NCBI GenBank assembly: GCA_004764695.1
Contig: SMSO01000034.1
Location: forward strand, 2,232,001 to 2,296,000
Direction of reading: 5' to 3'
Length of the DNA stretch: 64,000 nucleotides
From: Schizochytrium sp. TIO01
Taxonomy: Eukaryota; Protista; Bigyra: Labyrinthulomycetes
In this document: piece by piece, positions 44,950-56,663 of the stretch
Layout of the letters: the number at the start of each line of letters is the position of its first letter
How positions within the stretch are numbered: position 1 is the stretch's first letter
Notes under the pieces: generated by a model
What the model was told of the DNA's origin: nothing
Database searches by the model: none
What the model saw: the letters and a program-made list of their open reading frames with translations, nothing else
Made by a program: the position numbers and the translations under genes

Positions 44950-47900
44950 TTAGGCGAGCTTCTCAGAGGCAAACTTGACAGCGAGGTCAACGCAGGTAGC
45001 AACGTTGGCAACGCCTTGGCCCTTGCCGTTGAAGGTACCTCCCTTGCCACCGCCCTTGGCGCCACAGGGTGCACCAGCATCGGTGACCCAGGCCTTGACG
45101 TCGAGCTTGGGGCTGAGCTCATCAGGTACATAGGCAGAGAAGAGCACGCTGTCTGCTGCCTCGTTGGCCTGGATCAGAAGGAGCGCCACAGGGGTGCTCT
45201 TGAGCTTCTTGTTGGCGTCCTGGATAATCTTGGCGACGTTGGCACTGGCATCCTCGACAGTCTGCACAAGGAATCCCTTGTCGGCAGCAGCCTGGGTGGC
45301 CTCCTCGATAAGAGTGGCCACAGCCTTCTGCTGTGCCGCCTTCTGCAGCTCGATCAAGCGCCTCGAGAGTCCCTCGACGGCCATCTGGAGTTCGTGCTTC
45401 TCAGTCACAGAGATCACCGCCTGGGCAACATCGTTGGAAAGGCTCTTGAGGTGATCAGAGAGGGCGACATCCGAGAGACCTGCCGCCTCTTCAACGCGGG
45501 CGCGAAGTGCCTCGGCGTCACGGGCCGCCTTGTATGCAGCTTCGCCAGTAACACAGACGACACGGCGGATACCCTTTGCAAGGGCACCTTCGGAGACAAG
45601 AGAGAAGGCGCGAGCCTCAGAGCTCTTGTTAAGGTGAGTACCACCGCAGAGCTCGATAGAGTAGTTGCCCCACTTCTCGTTGAGCGGGTCGGCGATCACG
45701 TCCTCAACCTTGGGTCCGACAGAGACAACGCGAACAGGGTCCGGGTAGGTCTCTCCGAAGACGGCTCTGAGAGAGCTGATGCGTCTTGCGTCGGCAAGAG
45801 GCACAACTGCGGTGTGGACCGGGAGAGATTCGGCGATCTGGTCGCGAACAATCTTCTCGGTGAGAACAAGCTTCTCAAGAGGTACGGCCTTCTGGGAGTT
45901 GAAGTCAAAGCGAAGCTTGTCGTTGGAGACCATGGATCCCTTCTGGTCGACATCGGGTGCGACTGCCCTGCGAAGAGCAAAGTTGAGGAGATGGGTGCTG
46001 GTGTGGTTCTTGGCGAGGTCACTACGGCGGTCGAAGTTAACACGGCAGTCAACCTTGTCACCGACCTTGATCACATCGCGAGCCTCACGGTTCACGTTCT
46101 GGGCATCATCGTCTTCGTCCTCATCCTCGGACCTCTTCTGCACAACTCCAGCGTGGACCTTGAAGCCCTTGCTGGACTGGCAGTCGGTGACGGCGACACG
46201 GATGTCAGTACCGGGGATCTCGAGGAATCCGGTATCGGCAAGCTGGCCACCAGATTCGTAGTAGAAGTTGGATTTGTCCACGATGAAGCCAAACTGCTTA
46301 CCTTCGGCACAGTCCTCAAGGGTCACCTGCTCCACAAATCCTTCTCCGTCAAAGATGGCCTGCACAGTGGCACCCTCAACATCAGTGTACCACTGGTACA
46401 CCTGAGAGTGGTCGGTGGGTCCTACGTTGAGAGTGTCCTCGAGGTAGGAGGTCTCCTTTGCCTCAAGCATGCGAATGCCCTTGCCGTTTCCGGAAGATCC
46501 AGTGGCCTGGGAGGCCTCAACGTGCTTCTGCAAAGCAGCGTTGTAGCCCTCAATGTCCACGGTGAGGCCAGCCTCCTCTGCCATGAGCTCAGTAAGATCG
46601 ACAGGGAAACCCATGGTCAAGTAGAGAAAGGCAGCGACCTTGCCGGGGATAATAGAGCTACCTGCTGCCTTAACCTTTTCGGCCTCCTTCTGGAAGCGGA
46701 TGGTTCCCTTGCGGAGTGTGCGAGCGAAGGTCTCTTCTTCGTCAAGGATAACCTCGTAGATGAGCTGCTCCTTCTCGCCAAGCTCGGGGAAGGCCTCGCG
46801 CATTTGGGCAACGAAAATGCTCGAAAGCTTCGCGAATGCTCCACGCGGCATGTTGAGCTTCTCCTGACCGTAGCGAACGGCACGGCGGAGGATGCGTCTG
46901 AGCACATATCCACGGCCTTCGTTACTGGGGAAGGCACCGTCAGCAATAGCAAAGCTCAAGGTACGGATGTGATCAGCACACACGCGGTAGGCCATGTCGA
47001 TGTTGCCGACATCAGCGGCACCCATCTTGCCTCCGTAGGCCGGCACGTCAACGGCGACCTTTCCGATGGCGTCAAGAATGGGGGTGAAGACGTCAGTGTC
47101 GTAGGCCGAAGTCTTCTTCTGGAGTGCCATGGCGAGACGCTCAAATCCCATTCCGGTATCCACGTGACGCTCGGGCAGGGGCTCGAGGGTTCCGTCCGCC
47201 TTGCGGTTGAACTGGATGAAGACGAGGTTCCAGATCTCAGTGACCTCACCACCGTATGCGTCATCGTTGACAAGGTGTCCAGCTTCGCGGTTTCCAATGC
47301 GATCATAGTGGATCTCACTGCACGGTCCGCAAGGGCCAGTGTCTCCCATCTCCCAGAAGTTATCCTTGGCATCGAAGGGAAGCACGTGGCTCTCGGGCAG
47401 GTACTGCAGCCAAAGCTCGCGTGCCTCGTCATCGCACGGCACGTTGTCATCACCACCGAAGTAAGAGGCGTAAAGGTTATCCGGGTTCAACTTGAACTCC
47501 TTGGTGAGAAGCTCCCAGGACATGGCAATGGCCTCCGCTTTGAAGTAGGATCCGAAACTCCAGTTTCCGGCCATGAGGAAGGACGTAAGGTGAGTTCCGT
47601 CGCGACCGCAGTCGTCAAGATCGTTGTGCTTTCCACCAGCACGGATGCACTTCTGGAGGTTGACAGCGCGCTTGAGCTTGGACATGGAGGTGTTAGGGTC
47701 GGCCTGTCCGAGGAAGAGAGGCTTAAACTGGTTCATACCGGCGTTGGTGAAGAGCAGAGTGGGGTCGTTGTGCGGCACGACGGGGCTGCTGGGCCAGAAT
47801 GTGTGGTCATGGTTGTCAGTGAAGAACGAGACAAACTTGTCACGAATCTTCCACTCAGGCCACTCCACGCCATCGGCGCCGTCACCAGGTTGCTGGAGCA

Positions 47901-48069
47901 TCTTGACCTCAAGTCCGAGACGCTTAGTCTTGCGGTTGTTAAGTCCGAGAGGAACCTCGCGGGCGAGAGCCACGAGCTGCTTGTCCTTGGCGCGAACCTC
48001 GGCCTGAAGAGCCTCCACCTGAGCTTGCAACGCGGCCACCTGGTCCTCAAGAGACTGCGAGTCGCTCAT
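44950..48069 (-). CDS. AARS: Alanyl-tRNA synthetase (eukaryotic type) with an N-terminal coiled-coil extension
   Basis: DPTLLFTNAGMNQFK, QKCIRAGGKHNDL, NFWEMGDTGPCGPCSEIHYD, DTGMGFERL, ADHIR, editing motifs NHTSTH and ELCGGTH, GGGKG. First ATG at 48069. Confidence 0.98.
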   Translation of the reverse strand: MSDSQSLEDQVAALQAQVEALQAEVRAKDKQLVALAREVPLGLNNRKTKRLGLEVKMLQQPGDGADGVEWPEWKIRDKFVSFFTDNHDHTFWPSSPVVPHNDPTLLFTNAGMNQFKPLFLGQADPNTSMSKLKRAVNLQKCIRAGGKHNDLDDCGRDGTHLTSFLMAGNWSFGSYFKAEAIAMSWELLTKEFKLNPDNLYASYFGGDDNVPCDDEARELWLQYLPESHVLPFDAKDNFWEMGDTGPCGPCSEIHYDRIGNREAGHLVNDDAYGGEVTEIWNLVFIQFNRKADGTLEPLPERHVDTGMGFERLAMALQKKTSAYDTDVFTPILDAIGKVAVDVPAYGGKMGAADVGNIDMAYRVCADHIRTLSFAIADGAFPSNEGRGYVLRRILRRAVRYGQEKLNMPRGAFAKLSSIFVAQMREAFPELGEKEQLIYEVILDEEETFARTLRKGTIRFQKEAEKVKAAGSSIIPGKVAAFLYLTMGFPVDLTELMAEEAGLTVDIEGYNAALQKHVEASQATGSSGNGKGIRMLEAKETSYLEDTLNVGPTDHSQVYQWYTDVEGATVQAIFDGEGFVEQVTLEDCAEGKQFGFIVDKSNFYYESGGQLADTGFLEIPGTDIRVAVTDCQSSKGFKVHAGVVQKRSEDEDEDDDAQNVNREARDVIKVGDKVDCRVNFDRRSDLAKNHTSTHLLNFALRRAVAPDVDQKGSMVSNDKLRFDFNSQKAVPLEKLVLTEKIVRDQIAESLPVHTAVVPLADARRISSLRAVFGETYPDPVRVVSVGPKVEDVIADPLNEKWGNYSIELCGGTHLNKSSEARAFSLVSEGALAKGIRRVVCVTGEAAYKAARDAEALRARVEEAAGLSDVALSDHLKSLSNDVAQAVISVTEKHELQMAVEGLSRRLIELQKAAQQKAVATLIEEATQAAADKGFLVQTVEDASANVAKIIQDANKKLKSTPVALLLIQANEAADSVLFSAYVPDELSPKLDVKAWVTDAGAPCGAKGGGKGGTFNGKGQGVANVATCVDLAVKFASEKLA

Positions 48070-48283
48070 GTGCGGAGCGGAGTCGCCTTCGTTTCCGAGC
48101 ACGTCGGGCTAGAGAGCGAGCGGGCGGCGAGCAGCGAGCGATCGATCGATCGACAGCGATCGATTGCGATTTGATATCAACTTAGATCATCTGTTTCATT
48201 CCTACGGACTCTTACCCATACCCTACTGCCATCTACCCACTCCTACTTAAGCTACTCTCTCCTTTATCCTATTACTCTTTCAA

Positions 48284-48367
48284 TCTTTCTTTCTTTCTTT
48301 CTTTCTTTCCAATCGATCATTTTCTTTCTCTTTCTTTCAAGTTATCCCTTCTTATTATCCCTTCTTA

Positions 48368-48400
<33 letters not shown>

Positions 48401-48504
48401 TTATTATTATTATTACTATTATTATTTCTCTCTGTGTCTCTTTTTAGACTTCTCTCCCCTTTCGCTCTTATTAACTCACTACTACAGAAAGAAAAGAGTT
48501 TTCG

Positions 48505-48589
<85 letters not shown>

Positions 48590-48742
48590 TTTCTTTTCAA
48601 CTCCTTCTTCTTTCAACCTAATAACATTGAAAATCATAACGAAGTCAAACCTTCTCATTCTGCTCTTTAGACGAACCTCCGCAATAACAAACAAACAAAC
48701 AAACAAACAAACAGAAAGAACTTAAAAGAAAGAAAGAAAGAA
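48284..48742. repeat. Compound microsatellite block (TTTC)n/(TTC)n/(TTA)n/(AAAC)n upstream of AlaRS
   Basis: Tandem units read directly. Confidence 0.95.
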
Positions 48743-50821
48743 TCGCAAATCAGGCGAAGAATCGCAGCTTTAGATGGGCTAGACCAGCTTGGAGCTGGTG
48801 GCGTTCCTCACTCCACACCATGCATCGGCTTGCCATTCCTATCTCATGAAATGAAGATGTGCGCAATAGCCACAGAGAATCACAAACACCTTTCCGTGCG
48901 TGAGTTGTATTTCTTTTTTTGGTGTAGATCAACTGTTTCATGTTTTACATCCATCGCTTGTAATCGCTAGGACTCTCTTATCTCCAGTTAGCACTTACTG
49001 CCCATCAATCGATTGACCAACACCCTCGCTTTGGCAGCGAACAGAGCTTCTTTGGCCAGGGCCAGCGTCGATAAAGGCTGAGAAGAGGGTTCGGGGTGCC
49101 TGCCTCACGCACTTCTGCAGGCTTGCCAGCTTGCCTTCACGCCTGGGCTGCTGCTCCCTGGCCTGCTTCGTGTTGGCTGCCTCGTTCTTGGCCGCTCGTT
49201 GCTGCTTTTGCAAATCTTCTTTCTTTTTGTTACCACGAACAAAACCCTTTTTCATTCATAGGTGTATCAAAACGAAGCGAGCGAAATGTGTGCTACTTCG
49301 TACGTAGACTCTACAGTAGCACCTCCTTCTGTAATCTTTTCGCAGCTCAGCAGGTCGTGCTATGATTTGGGTGATCTCTACTGACGCTGATTTCATTTGT
49401 CCGCTCTGCCATCGCCCAGAGGTTACAGCATAACACCTGGTCAAGGGACGCAGAGCTCCTGGATAGATTTAATTGACTCACGTACTTGGCATTGATTTCA
49501 TGACGCATCGAGTCCTTCACGACTGCTTGGGTTGAAATGAACTCATCGAAATGCACTACCAGTGGATACGTTCTGGGGTGAGATTTTAGTATTTGTGCTT
49601 TTCATCGTAATGCCGTATTGGATTGTGCTGGGTACAAAAAGTAGCATGCCAGCGATGCAGGGATGTCTGTGTGAGCTTTTGTAGAGTTCGGCCTTATTTC
49701 TTCTTGTTTGTTTACAGAATGATAAAACGCTGTTCTGTTAATTGTGTTGAACTCGTTTCATCGTGAGATCTTAATTAGAGATTTAACGAGACCTTCAAAA
49801 CAAAGTGACCTGTATCCCAATTGGAAAATATGGCAAAAAACGAGCTTTTCAGATTTGATTTGATGTCTCACCCACTCCAATGGAAACACCTGCCTCGCTA
49901 CATCTCTGTGATCTGGTTTGCTATTTAAGAAGACTTTTTTAAATTGGGAAATCTGAATCTCGGACCAATGTCTTTCAACCACGAGCGCCAGATCTATTCG
50001 CAGGAGTTATGGCTCGCATGCTAGTCCTCACAACTTACACAGAGTTTGGAAAGGTGACATCATAGCAATTTTTCATAGTCAAATCTCTCTGGAATGAAGA
50101 CCTTATCGATTGTTTCGACGAAGTACGTAGTTATAAATCGTATTTTCGGGAGTCGAGTCTTTTTACTTTCACGAATGATAGATATGAAGTAACTTCTCAC
50201 ACTCGCTCTGCCCCAATTTTAACTCAAAACAGAAGAGAACCTTTACAATGTGCTTCTTCAAAAGAGAAGGCACTGAGCTAAGTCCAAGCTCTGGCAACTG
50301 AGTGATTCGTGTGCTCTATTCTCCTCATCTGTGTACTATTGGGGAGGTTTTAAAGTAGAACTCAACATTCATGTCCCAGGGTCTTCGAAAAGAATACCTC
50401 ATTTCATTTCCTTCTGCATGTGTTTTGTGTCTTTCGATGTTTTAGGTACAAATATGATTCATAATTATAAAAAGTTATCATCAATAAGCATGTTTATCTT
50501 TCTGAAAAGAAAACGTAGAATAAAGAAACAATAGGCATTTCTCATTTCATAGCAAAGGCAGCTTTTGACAATCTCTCTGCAAAGCGTTGCTCTGTGATGA
50601 TCAGATCAGCGTCTGAACATTCCAGCGTTTAGACAGAGTTTGTAATGCTTCCGAGGTCCCCAACGCAAGCACGTGTTCTTTCGCGGACACGATTTGACCG
50701 TGACTATAATATAAAACCAGAAAAAGCTATTGCACATTCAACGAACTATTCAAGAATGATCCAAATAAGCCCAGCTACTATTTACTCCAAGGATACTTTT
50801 ATTTTTATTTATTTATTTTAA

Positions 50822-50842
50822 ATATATATATATATATATATA
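50822..50842. repeat. (TA)n microsatellite
   Basis: About 10 TA units. Confidence 0.9.
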
Positions 50843-52904
50843 TACCATAACTTGAAGTAATAAAAAATAAACAGCGCCCCAAAATAAAACAAAATAAAAG
50901 GTACCCTATTACTATTTCCTTTTATCTGCTAAGAAGAACTTTAAAGAACACAGCCTCTGCGTTCGATATCCTGGCCTCAACATTGTGAGCAGTGGTATAA
51001 ATCAATATCCATCCATGGCCACCAAAGAAGCTGCCGGCAAAATAATGATATCTCCAAAACCATTTATTAGCCAGCTCTTCGCAACTCGGAAGGGCGTGCA
51101 CGCTTTGTGGCGGCTCTCTTTGCACCACAACCACGAGAAAGTCACACACGTATTTCATAAATAACCAATTATACTTAACACAATGTGCGGCTGTCATTCA
51201 CAGAACAGGAGTATCTAATCGGAGCAGCACTCTCTTGGAACCATGAACTTCTTATTAAGTTTTTTCATGATTCTTTCATCGAGTTTTCACAATCATAATA
51301 CCAATGGCTGGTACAATAGGCAATAGTTGATGAATCCCCTGATCCATCCATGCATTCTATTGCCTATCATTAATATATTCAAAGTAATGACGACGCACTC
51401 TTCAAAGCTCGCGCGTTTTCTAATTGGAGTTTGATGCCTTTTCCATTTTTTATTTTTTTTAATTCAATTAATTTATATATGAAGAATTAAACGTTTTTGT
51501 TTTTCTCGAAGGAATACGTAATCGAATACTACTGGATATAGCTAAGAATCTTGTTCTTCGTAATACTCACTAGGTTAGTCTTAATTCAGGCCAAGTTTTG
51601 TAATTCTTGTCATAACCTATGACTTACTTCAACGTTGGTTTCCGTTCAACGCTGAAGCAAGCAGATCATAGCAGCTGTTGGAATGTCCGTGTTCTAGCGA
51701 GTGAAGAACAACAGGAAACCATGATGTGATGGGCTATCATCTCGTTCAACTAGGCTGGGATTTGATTGGGGTTGAAAGTTGTGTTTGACTGCTTTATGAA
51801 TCACCACAGAAAAGGGACTACAGCTACAAGTACTAGCGCGAGTTTTGGTGCGCTGATTGATTATGAGTATTGTTTTTAGGTTTCCTTATAACAAACATCT
51901 TTTGCGATAGGTTTTGTTGACTCTCGTGTACGCACAGAATGGGCACTAGATCTTAGTTTTAAATAAATTTCATGCCTAGCCCATGATTGCGTCCTGAAAC
52001 AGACTTCCCATAAATCAGTTGCCTTCTGCAATCGTGTATTTGCTGCTATGGTGCCTTGCAGGATTAAAAGGGTATTTAGTATTTTCAGTTATTTAATTTA
52101 TTAGCACTAAACTCAGGTGCGATAACTCCGATTGTTTAGAGCACCGGCATTATTGACACTCGTCAGCTCTTGGCTTGATATATTAAAGGCTGGCGCTTGG
52201 TAGATCTTCAAATATTTTTTTCTAAGCAAGGAAAGAATGATGTAGATACCTGGGTATCTGCAACCTGAGTCACTATGAGGCTACCTGTATCATTCTCATC
52301 AGTTTGAGACTAAGACTACATATACACTTCAGTATTAAGTAAAGGAAAGATAAGAGTTAGCATGCATTTGGAAGAAAAAACCTAAAAATTGAATTGCAAC
52401 AAGCCTCTGGGCGAGCTGCATTTCCCAAAGAAACCTTTAGAGTGTCATTCAGAGGTATCTTTGTGAAGGATTTGGAGGCTTCTCGAGTATAAAAGAATCA
52501 CTGTGCTCCTTAAAGCATCGCCACTATAATCGTGATAGTAGCTGAGGTAGTGAAATAAAACAAGTTGTAGCTTAATTGACTTTTTTTTATTGTTGGGAGC
52601 GAATACACGATTGGGAGCAAACAAAAGTTTTACTACAAAGAGTACTGCTCTACTCCAGTTAAATACTTCCTGGCCCTAAACCCTAAAAAGAGAAAACTGG
52701 TGTCCCTGTTTATCTTCATTATTCTGGAGTCGAGCGCCTGGTCGGAGAGCAGACCCCTAACTTCGCAACACTCGCAAATCAAACGTCAAACTACCTTGGT
52801 ACTACGCCTCCCTCATTAACACTGCACGAGTACAACCAAGAAGTTGAATTGCTACAGCAAGTAACTAGCGGTCTTGAAGGCTTTCAAGAATTGTTGACTT
52901 GGTA

Positions 52905-53654
52905 ATGGAGGGATTTTTATCTAACTTATTCACAGCTTTAATTGGAGCTGTGATAGGCTATGCATTTGGTGCTACCAAAGTGTATGTTGAGAACTTTCAA
53001 GATCGAAAGTTTTCTGTGCTTTTTGGCGAGGAATATGCTAAGTATCATGAGGCCATTACCTTCCTCTTGCTTCCCGAGGCTGAACCCCATAGTGGTAGCT
53101 CTACTCCTCCGAGTCAACAAAGAGGACTCGTTCTTGAAAGAGATTTTCGAAAGGCTCTAGAAGATCGCGTCAAGACCTACCACGCACGTTACGGCCCCCA
53201 TTCAGAGAATGACGTATTTGCCCGCCTCGATAAAGCTCGCAGAGCAGTCGATTTGTACATCAACAAGGTTGAGAATGTGGTCAAGGATTCACAGAGCTGG
53301 TTGGTTTGTGTGACGTGCTGTACCTGCTGTAAGCCGAATGGTCTTTCTAAGATGGAGGAAGAGAAGGTAATTAGGGTGTATTTCCGCTATCTCAACACAG
53401 TAAAGAAAATGTATAATGTTTTCTATTTCGATTCAGACGGGGAGCCTAGAACAAGTCAATCGGGACCCAACGATAATCAGACTATTGCGTTTCCTGAATG
53501 CGAAAAAATCTATAAGCTCTGGGAACAAAAGATCCAAAACTCAGCCACCCAAGCCGGATCTACATATGCTGAAAATGATGAACGTAGAGCATTATTAAGT
53601 ACTGTTGATACAAGGTCCTGCAAATATTTAAACTTTTGCTTCTGTCGCTTCTGA
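52905..53654 (+). CDS. Uncharacterised protein with an N-terminal membrane anchor and a Cys cluster
   Basis: About 249-aa ORF (ATG at 52905) in AT-rich DNA, with hydrophobic LFTALIGAVIGYAFGA and CVTCCTCC. Confidence 0.7.
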   Translation: MEGFLSNLFTALIGAVIGYAFGATKVYVENFQDRKFSVLFGEEYAKYHEAITFLLLPEAEPHSGSSTPPSQQRGLVLERDFRKALEDRVKTYHARYGPHSENDVFARLDKARRAVDLYINKVENVVKDSQSWLVCVTCCTCCKPNGLSKMEEEKVIRVYFRYLNTVKKMYNVFYFDSDGEPRTSQSGPNDNQTIAFPECEKIYKLWEQKIQNSATQAGSTYAENDERRALLSTVDTRSCKYLNFCFCRF

Positions 53655-54671
53655 TTATAGATTTTTAATAAAAAATTAATATGCTGCGCTATGATTCAGA
53701 GTTTTGGGGTGATCTTCATTCAACTTCCTGTATTTACATAACTGTAAGATTGCGTTTGTACAAGCAGCACGTAGAACTCAACTTTTCAACATAAAAGGTA
53801 AACCCAAACAGTAGTTCTCGCAAAGAAAGAAATATCAATCAATTAAAGAACACAATTAAGTAACAAGATCTATTACCGATGTGATAATACAAAACAAAAT
53901 GGATATTGAATGAAAATGTGTGCAGTAGTTGAAAAGTTATACGTACAACAATAAGTCATGCTTAGTGGGCGGTGCGCTTGGTGAAAATCGAGGCCGGGCA
54001 AAGCGCTAAAAATGACCCTTGTCTGGTGTATTCTGACAGTTTGGTAGAAACACAAAGATGAGGACTGAATACATGACGAGAGAGGTAATATTTAACGGCT
54101 GATTTTGCGGAGCACTAGATAAAGAAAACAAGGTGAGGTAGGTATTTCTTGGAAATATTATATCGGACAAAGCGAGATAGGCGATGAGGTCCACAGCTCG
54201 CACAGGCTAGCGTGCTCCTTTTCATTTCTGTGAATGCAGTTTCGGTGTATGAAGAGTCACCCTTTATTTGCAGATGCGTGCGTTTTCTCGTAATAAGGAG
54301 GGGAACTTTCCCCCCCCTTTCTCGGCATACATTCTTGAAATCTCATGAGGCGCAAGATACGAGAAAGGAGGAGAAGAACAAAGAGATAGCAGATCTACAG
54401 GATCAATGCAAGCATTAGAAATAAGGGGCGAGACGAGACAGCAAACAACATTTGCCCCAAGAATTCTATTTGGTTTGATAGACTGCATACCTACGACAGC
54501 ATTACAGTCCCCAGCCAAGGGGGAAATACACTGAGAAATGAATGGAGAAACGAAGCCACTAGGTGGAGAGTAAGCGCATGGACAGAAATGGTACATGGAA
54601 TCATGATCAAAAATACCACAGAATGCCATGTACACTATAGAGAGGCAGCAGTTGCATTCTCTGTGTGACTC

Positions 54672-56663
54672 TTACCATTTTAATAGAGTTTTGTACTCGG
54701 GATCATCGACATCCAGGTGACGATGATTAAGAAAGGTGCCAGTGTGTTCCTCAAGATTAATGTAGTCAAGGATCCGCAAAAACTTTTCCACAGCGTCTGA
54801 AGGAAGCATCCAACCGAAATCAGGCGTTGCACGCGGACCGAGCCACTGCTTTAAGGTATCAGTGCATACGCCACCGGGGTTGTATGCAGCAACAAGAATA
54901 CCCTCGTGTTTGAATTCTTGGGCCATGACCGAGGTACCCATATTGAGCGCTGCTTTAGACATTTTATACTCGTAATGGCCCTTAGCCTGTCCACCACAGC
55001 AACCCCCGATTGATCCGGCAGCAGAGGAGATATTAATGATACGCCGGCCACGACTCCTCCTCATCAGCGGCAACATTAAACGGGAGAAGAGAATGGGCCC
55101 AGCGGCGTTGGTAACTAAACTCTCAATGAGCTTGTTCGCACGCACGCAACGGAGGCCCGTGGGCCGGGTCATAGAGCCAGCGTTGTTGATGAGCAGGTCG
55201 ACGTGTGAGGTTTCGCGACGAATGGTTTCAACGGCAAGTTTCATGCTTTCTTCGCTGCACTGATTAAACTTGACGATGCGGATGACACCAGGTCTTTCGA
55301 TGGAAAGCTGCTCCAGCATTGATGCTTCACTAGGTGTGCGGACAAGCGCGAAAATCTTGTCAAAGCCCTCCTTACGCCAAGGTCCTAACCATGAAGACAT
55401 GGGGCCGTCAGCGGGGCGCATAAGGGATTCGACCATGGCAAGACCGAGACCACGATTCGCACCGGTCACCACGCATACTCGGTGATAGCCAGCCCACTTG
55501 CGCGAGTCTTCCTTTACAGGATGCTCTACCAAGGGATCCGCTCCTGGAGCCTTGCTTTCTTCTCCGTTGCCAGGTGAAAAGCTGCTGTCGGATGCGATGC
55601 GAATCGCAGAACGACTTGCGATAGGGTACTCTCCACGGAATTGCTGAGTGCTTGAATTCCTTAATTCTCCATTTGCTGTTGAAGGGCAAACTGGCATTCC
55701 TGCAGACTTGGCCTGCTTACCCAATTCCATTTGTACGCCTGCCATCCACCTTGCTGGGCAGTCCGATCCTACAGAAGCACTGTCTTCTTGACCATCGCTG
55801 CTGTTGCTGCTGCTGTCTGATGCGTGGCGACGATCTTGTGGTTGTTGTTGCTGCTGTTGACTTTTATTTGGCTGTAGACGCTGCTGTTGACGTTCGCCAC
55901 ACCCATGATCCGTAGTCCTATAGGACTCAGCGTTCACAAAATCAGTCAAGTTGATACTGTTACTGGCCTTGAACATTTGCAAGTTCTGTTGTTGCGGCAG
56001 GCCAACTTGGCGAGGGGGTGACTGCTGCATGTCCGCTTTGATGTTTCCGCCCCCCGGTTTGGTCTCGTTGCAGGCTCCATTCTCGATCGACGATTTCTTC
56101 TGTTCAGAGCAGCACCTCCTTCGGGCGCTCGGTTCTTGGCATTCGATCTGCCGAGCTCCTCCAACGGGTCTCCCAGACCTTGTGCGCAGCTCGCAAGGCG
56201 TGGATGCCGTCGATGTGTCGTCCGCCTCGTGTTCCTCCTCATCCAATTCCTCCAGCGGCAGCGAGAGCGCCGTGGGTTTCACGCCTCGGGGGTTCTCTGC
56301 AATATTGGCGTAGTTTTGAGCGGCAACAACTGGCCCATGCTCGCGGCTTAGTGGAAAGCCGAGTGGGTCGGCGCTTGCGCCGCTGACGTTCGATCCAGGG
56401 TTCAAAGTTGTTCGAGTTATTTCTCCATCATCTCCGCGTGCCGCCTGCGAGCACCGCTTGCCGCAGACGCGCGGGCAGTCTCGCTGCATCGCGTCTTCGA
56501 GGCCTCTCTCGAGTTCTCGCTTTGCAGCTCCGCCGCCGCCTTCGGAAATTCCGGCACTTGCGCCGATGTGCGCGCCTCCCCACAGCCGTCCCACAGCCCT
56601 GCACACTGGGTCCTCTGTGCGCTCCGCTCCCAGCTTCTTTAATCCCCACACCTCCGCAACCAT
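54672..56663 (-). CDS. Short-chain dehydrogenase/reductase (C-factor/CsgA-like) with a long low-complexity N-terminal region; start uncertain
   Basis: VVTGANRGLG, DLLINNAG, INISS..GS, YKMSKAALN, NPGGVCTD. Confidence 0.85.
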   Translation of the reverse strand: MVAEVWGLKKLGAERTEDPVCRAVGRLWGGAHIGASAGISEGGGGAAKRELERGLEDAMQRDCPRVCGKRCSQAARGDDGEITRTTLNPGSNVSGASADPLGFPLSREHGPVVAAQNYANIAENPRGVKPTALSLPLEELDEEEHEADDTSTASTPCELRTRSGRPVGGARQIECQEPSARRRCCSEQKKSSIENGACNETKPGGGNIKADMQQSPPRQVGLPQQQNLQMFKASNSINLTDFVNAESYRTTDHGCGERQQQRLQPNKSQQQQQQPQDRRHASDSSSNSSDGQEDSASVGSDCPARWMAGVQMELGKQAKSAGMPVCPSTANGELRNSSTQQFRGEYPIASRSAIRIASDSSFSPGNGEESKAPGADPLVEHPVKEDSRKWAGYHRVCVVTGANRGLGLAMVESLMRPADGPMSSWLGPWRKEGFDKIFALVRTPSEASMLEQLSIERPGVIRIVKFNQCSEESMKLAVETIRRETSHVDLLINNAGSMTRPTGLRCVRANKLIESLVTNAAGPILFSRLMLPLMRRSRGRRIINISSAAGSIGGCCGGQAKGHYEYKMSKAALNMGTSVMAQEFKHEGILVAAYNPGGVCTDTLKQWLGPRATPDFGWMLPSDAVEKFLRILDYINLEEHTGTFLNHRHLDVDDPEYKTLLKW

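Noticed and set aside
45016-48174. 1052-aa antisense ORF spanning AlaRS, codon-aligned (reminiscent of the Rodin-Ohno sense/antisense idea)
   Set aside because: It is in exact codon register with a strongly biased gene that avoids TTA/CTA/TCA, which removes antisense stops. It starts at TTG and has no HIGH/KMSKS or other recognisable motif, so it is treated as a shadow ORF.
48355-48706. Lys/Glu/Arg-rich and Phe/Leu/Ser-rich short ORFs (also the ASKQ ORFs near 22.2 kb)
   Set aside because: They are translations of microsatellites.
52674-52687. CCCTAAACCCTAAA telomere-like dimer
   Set aside because: Only two units, compatible with chance or a telo-box-like site; not a telomeric tract.
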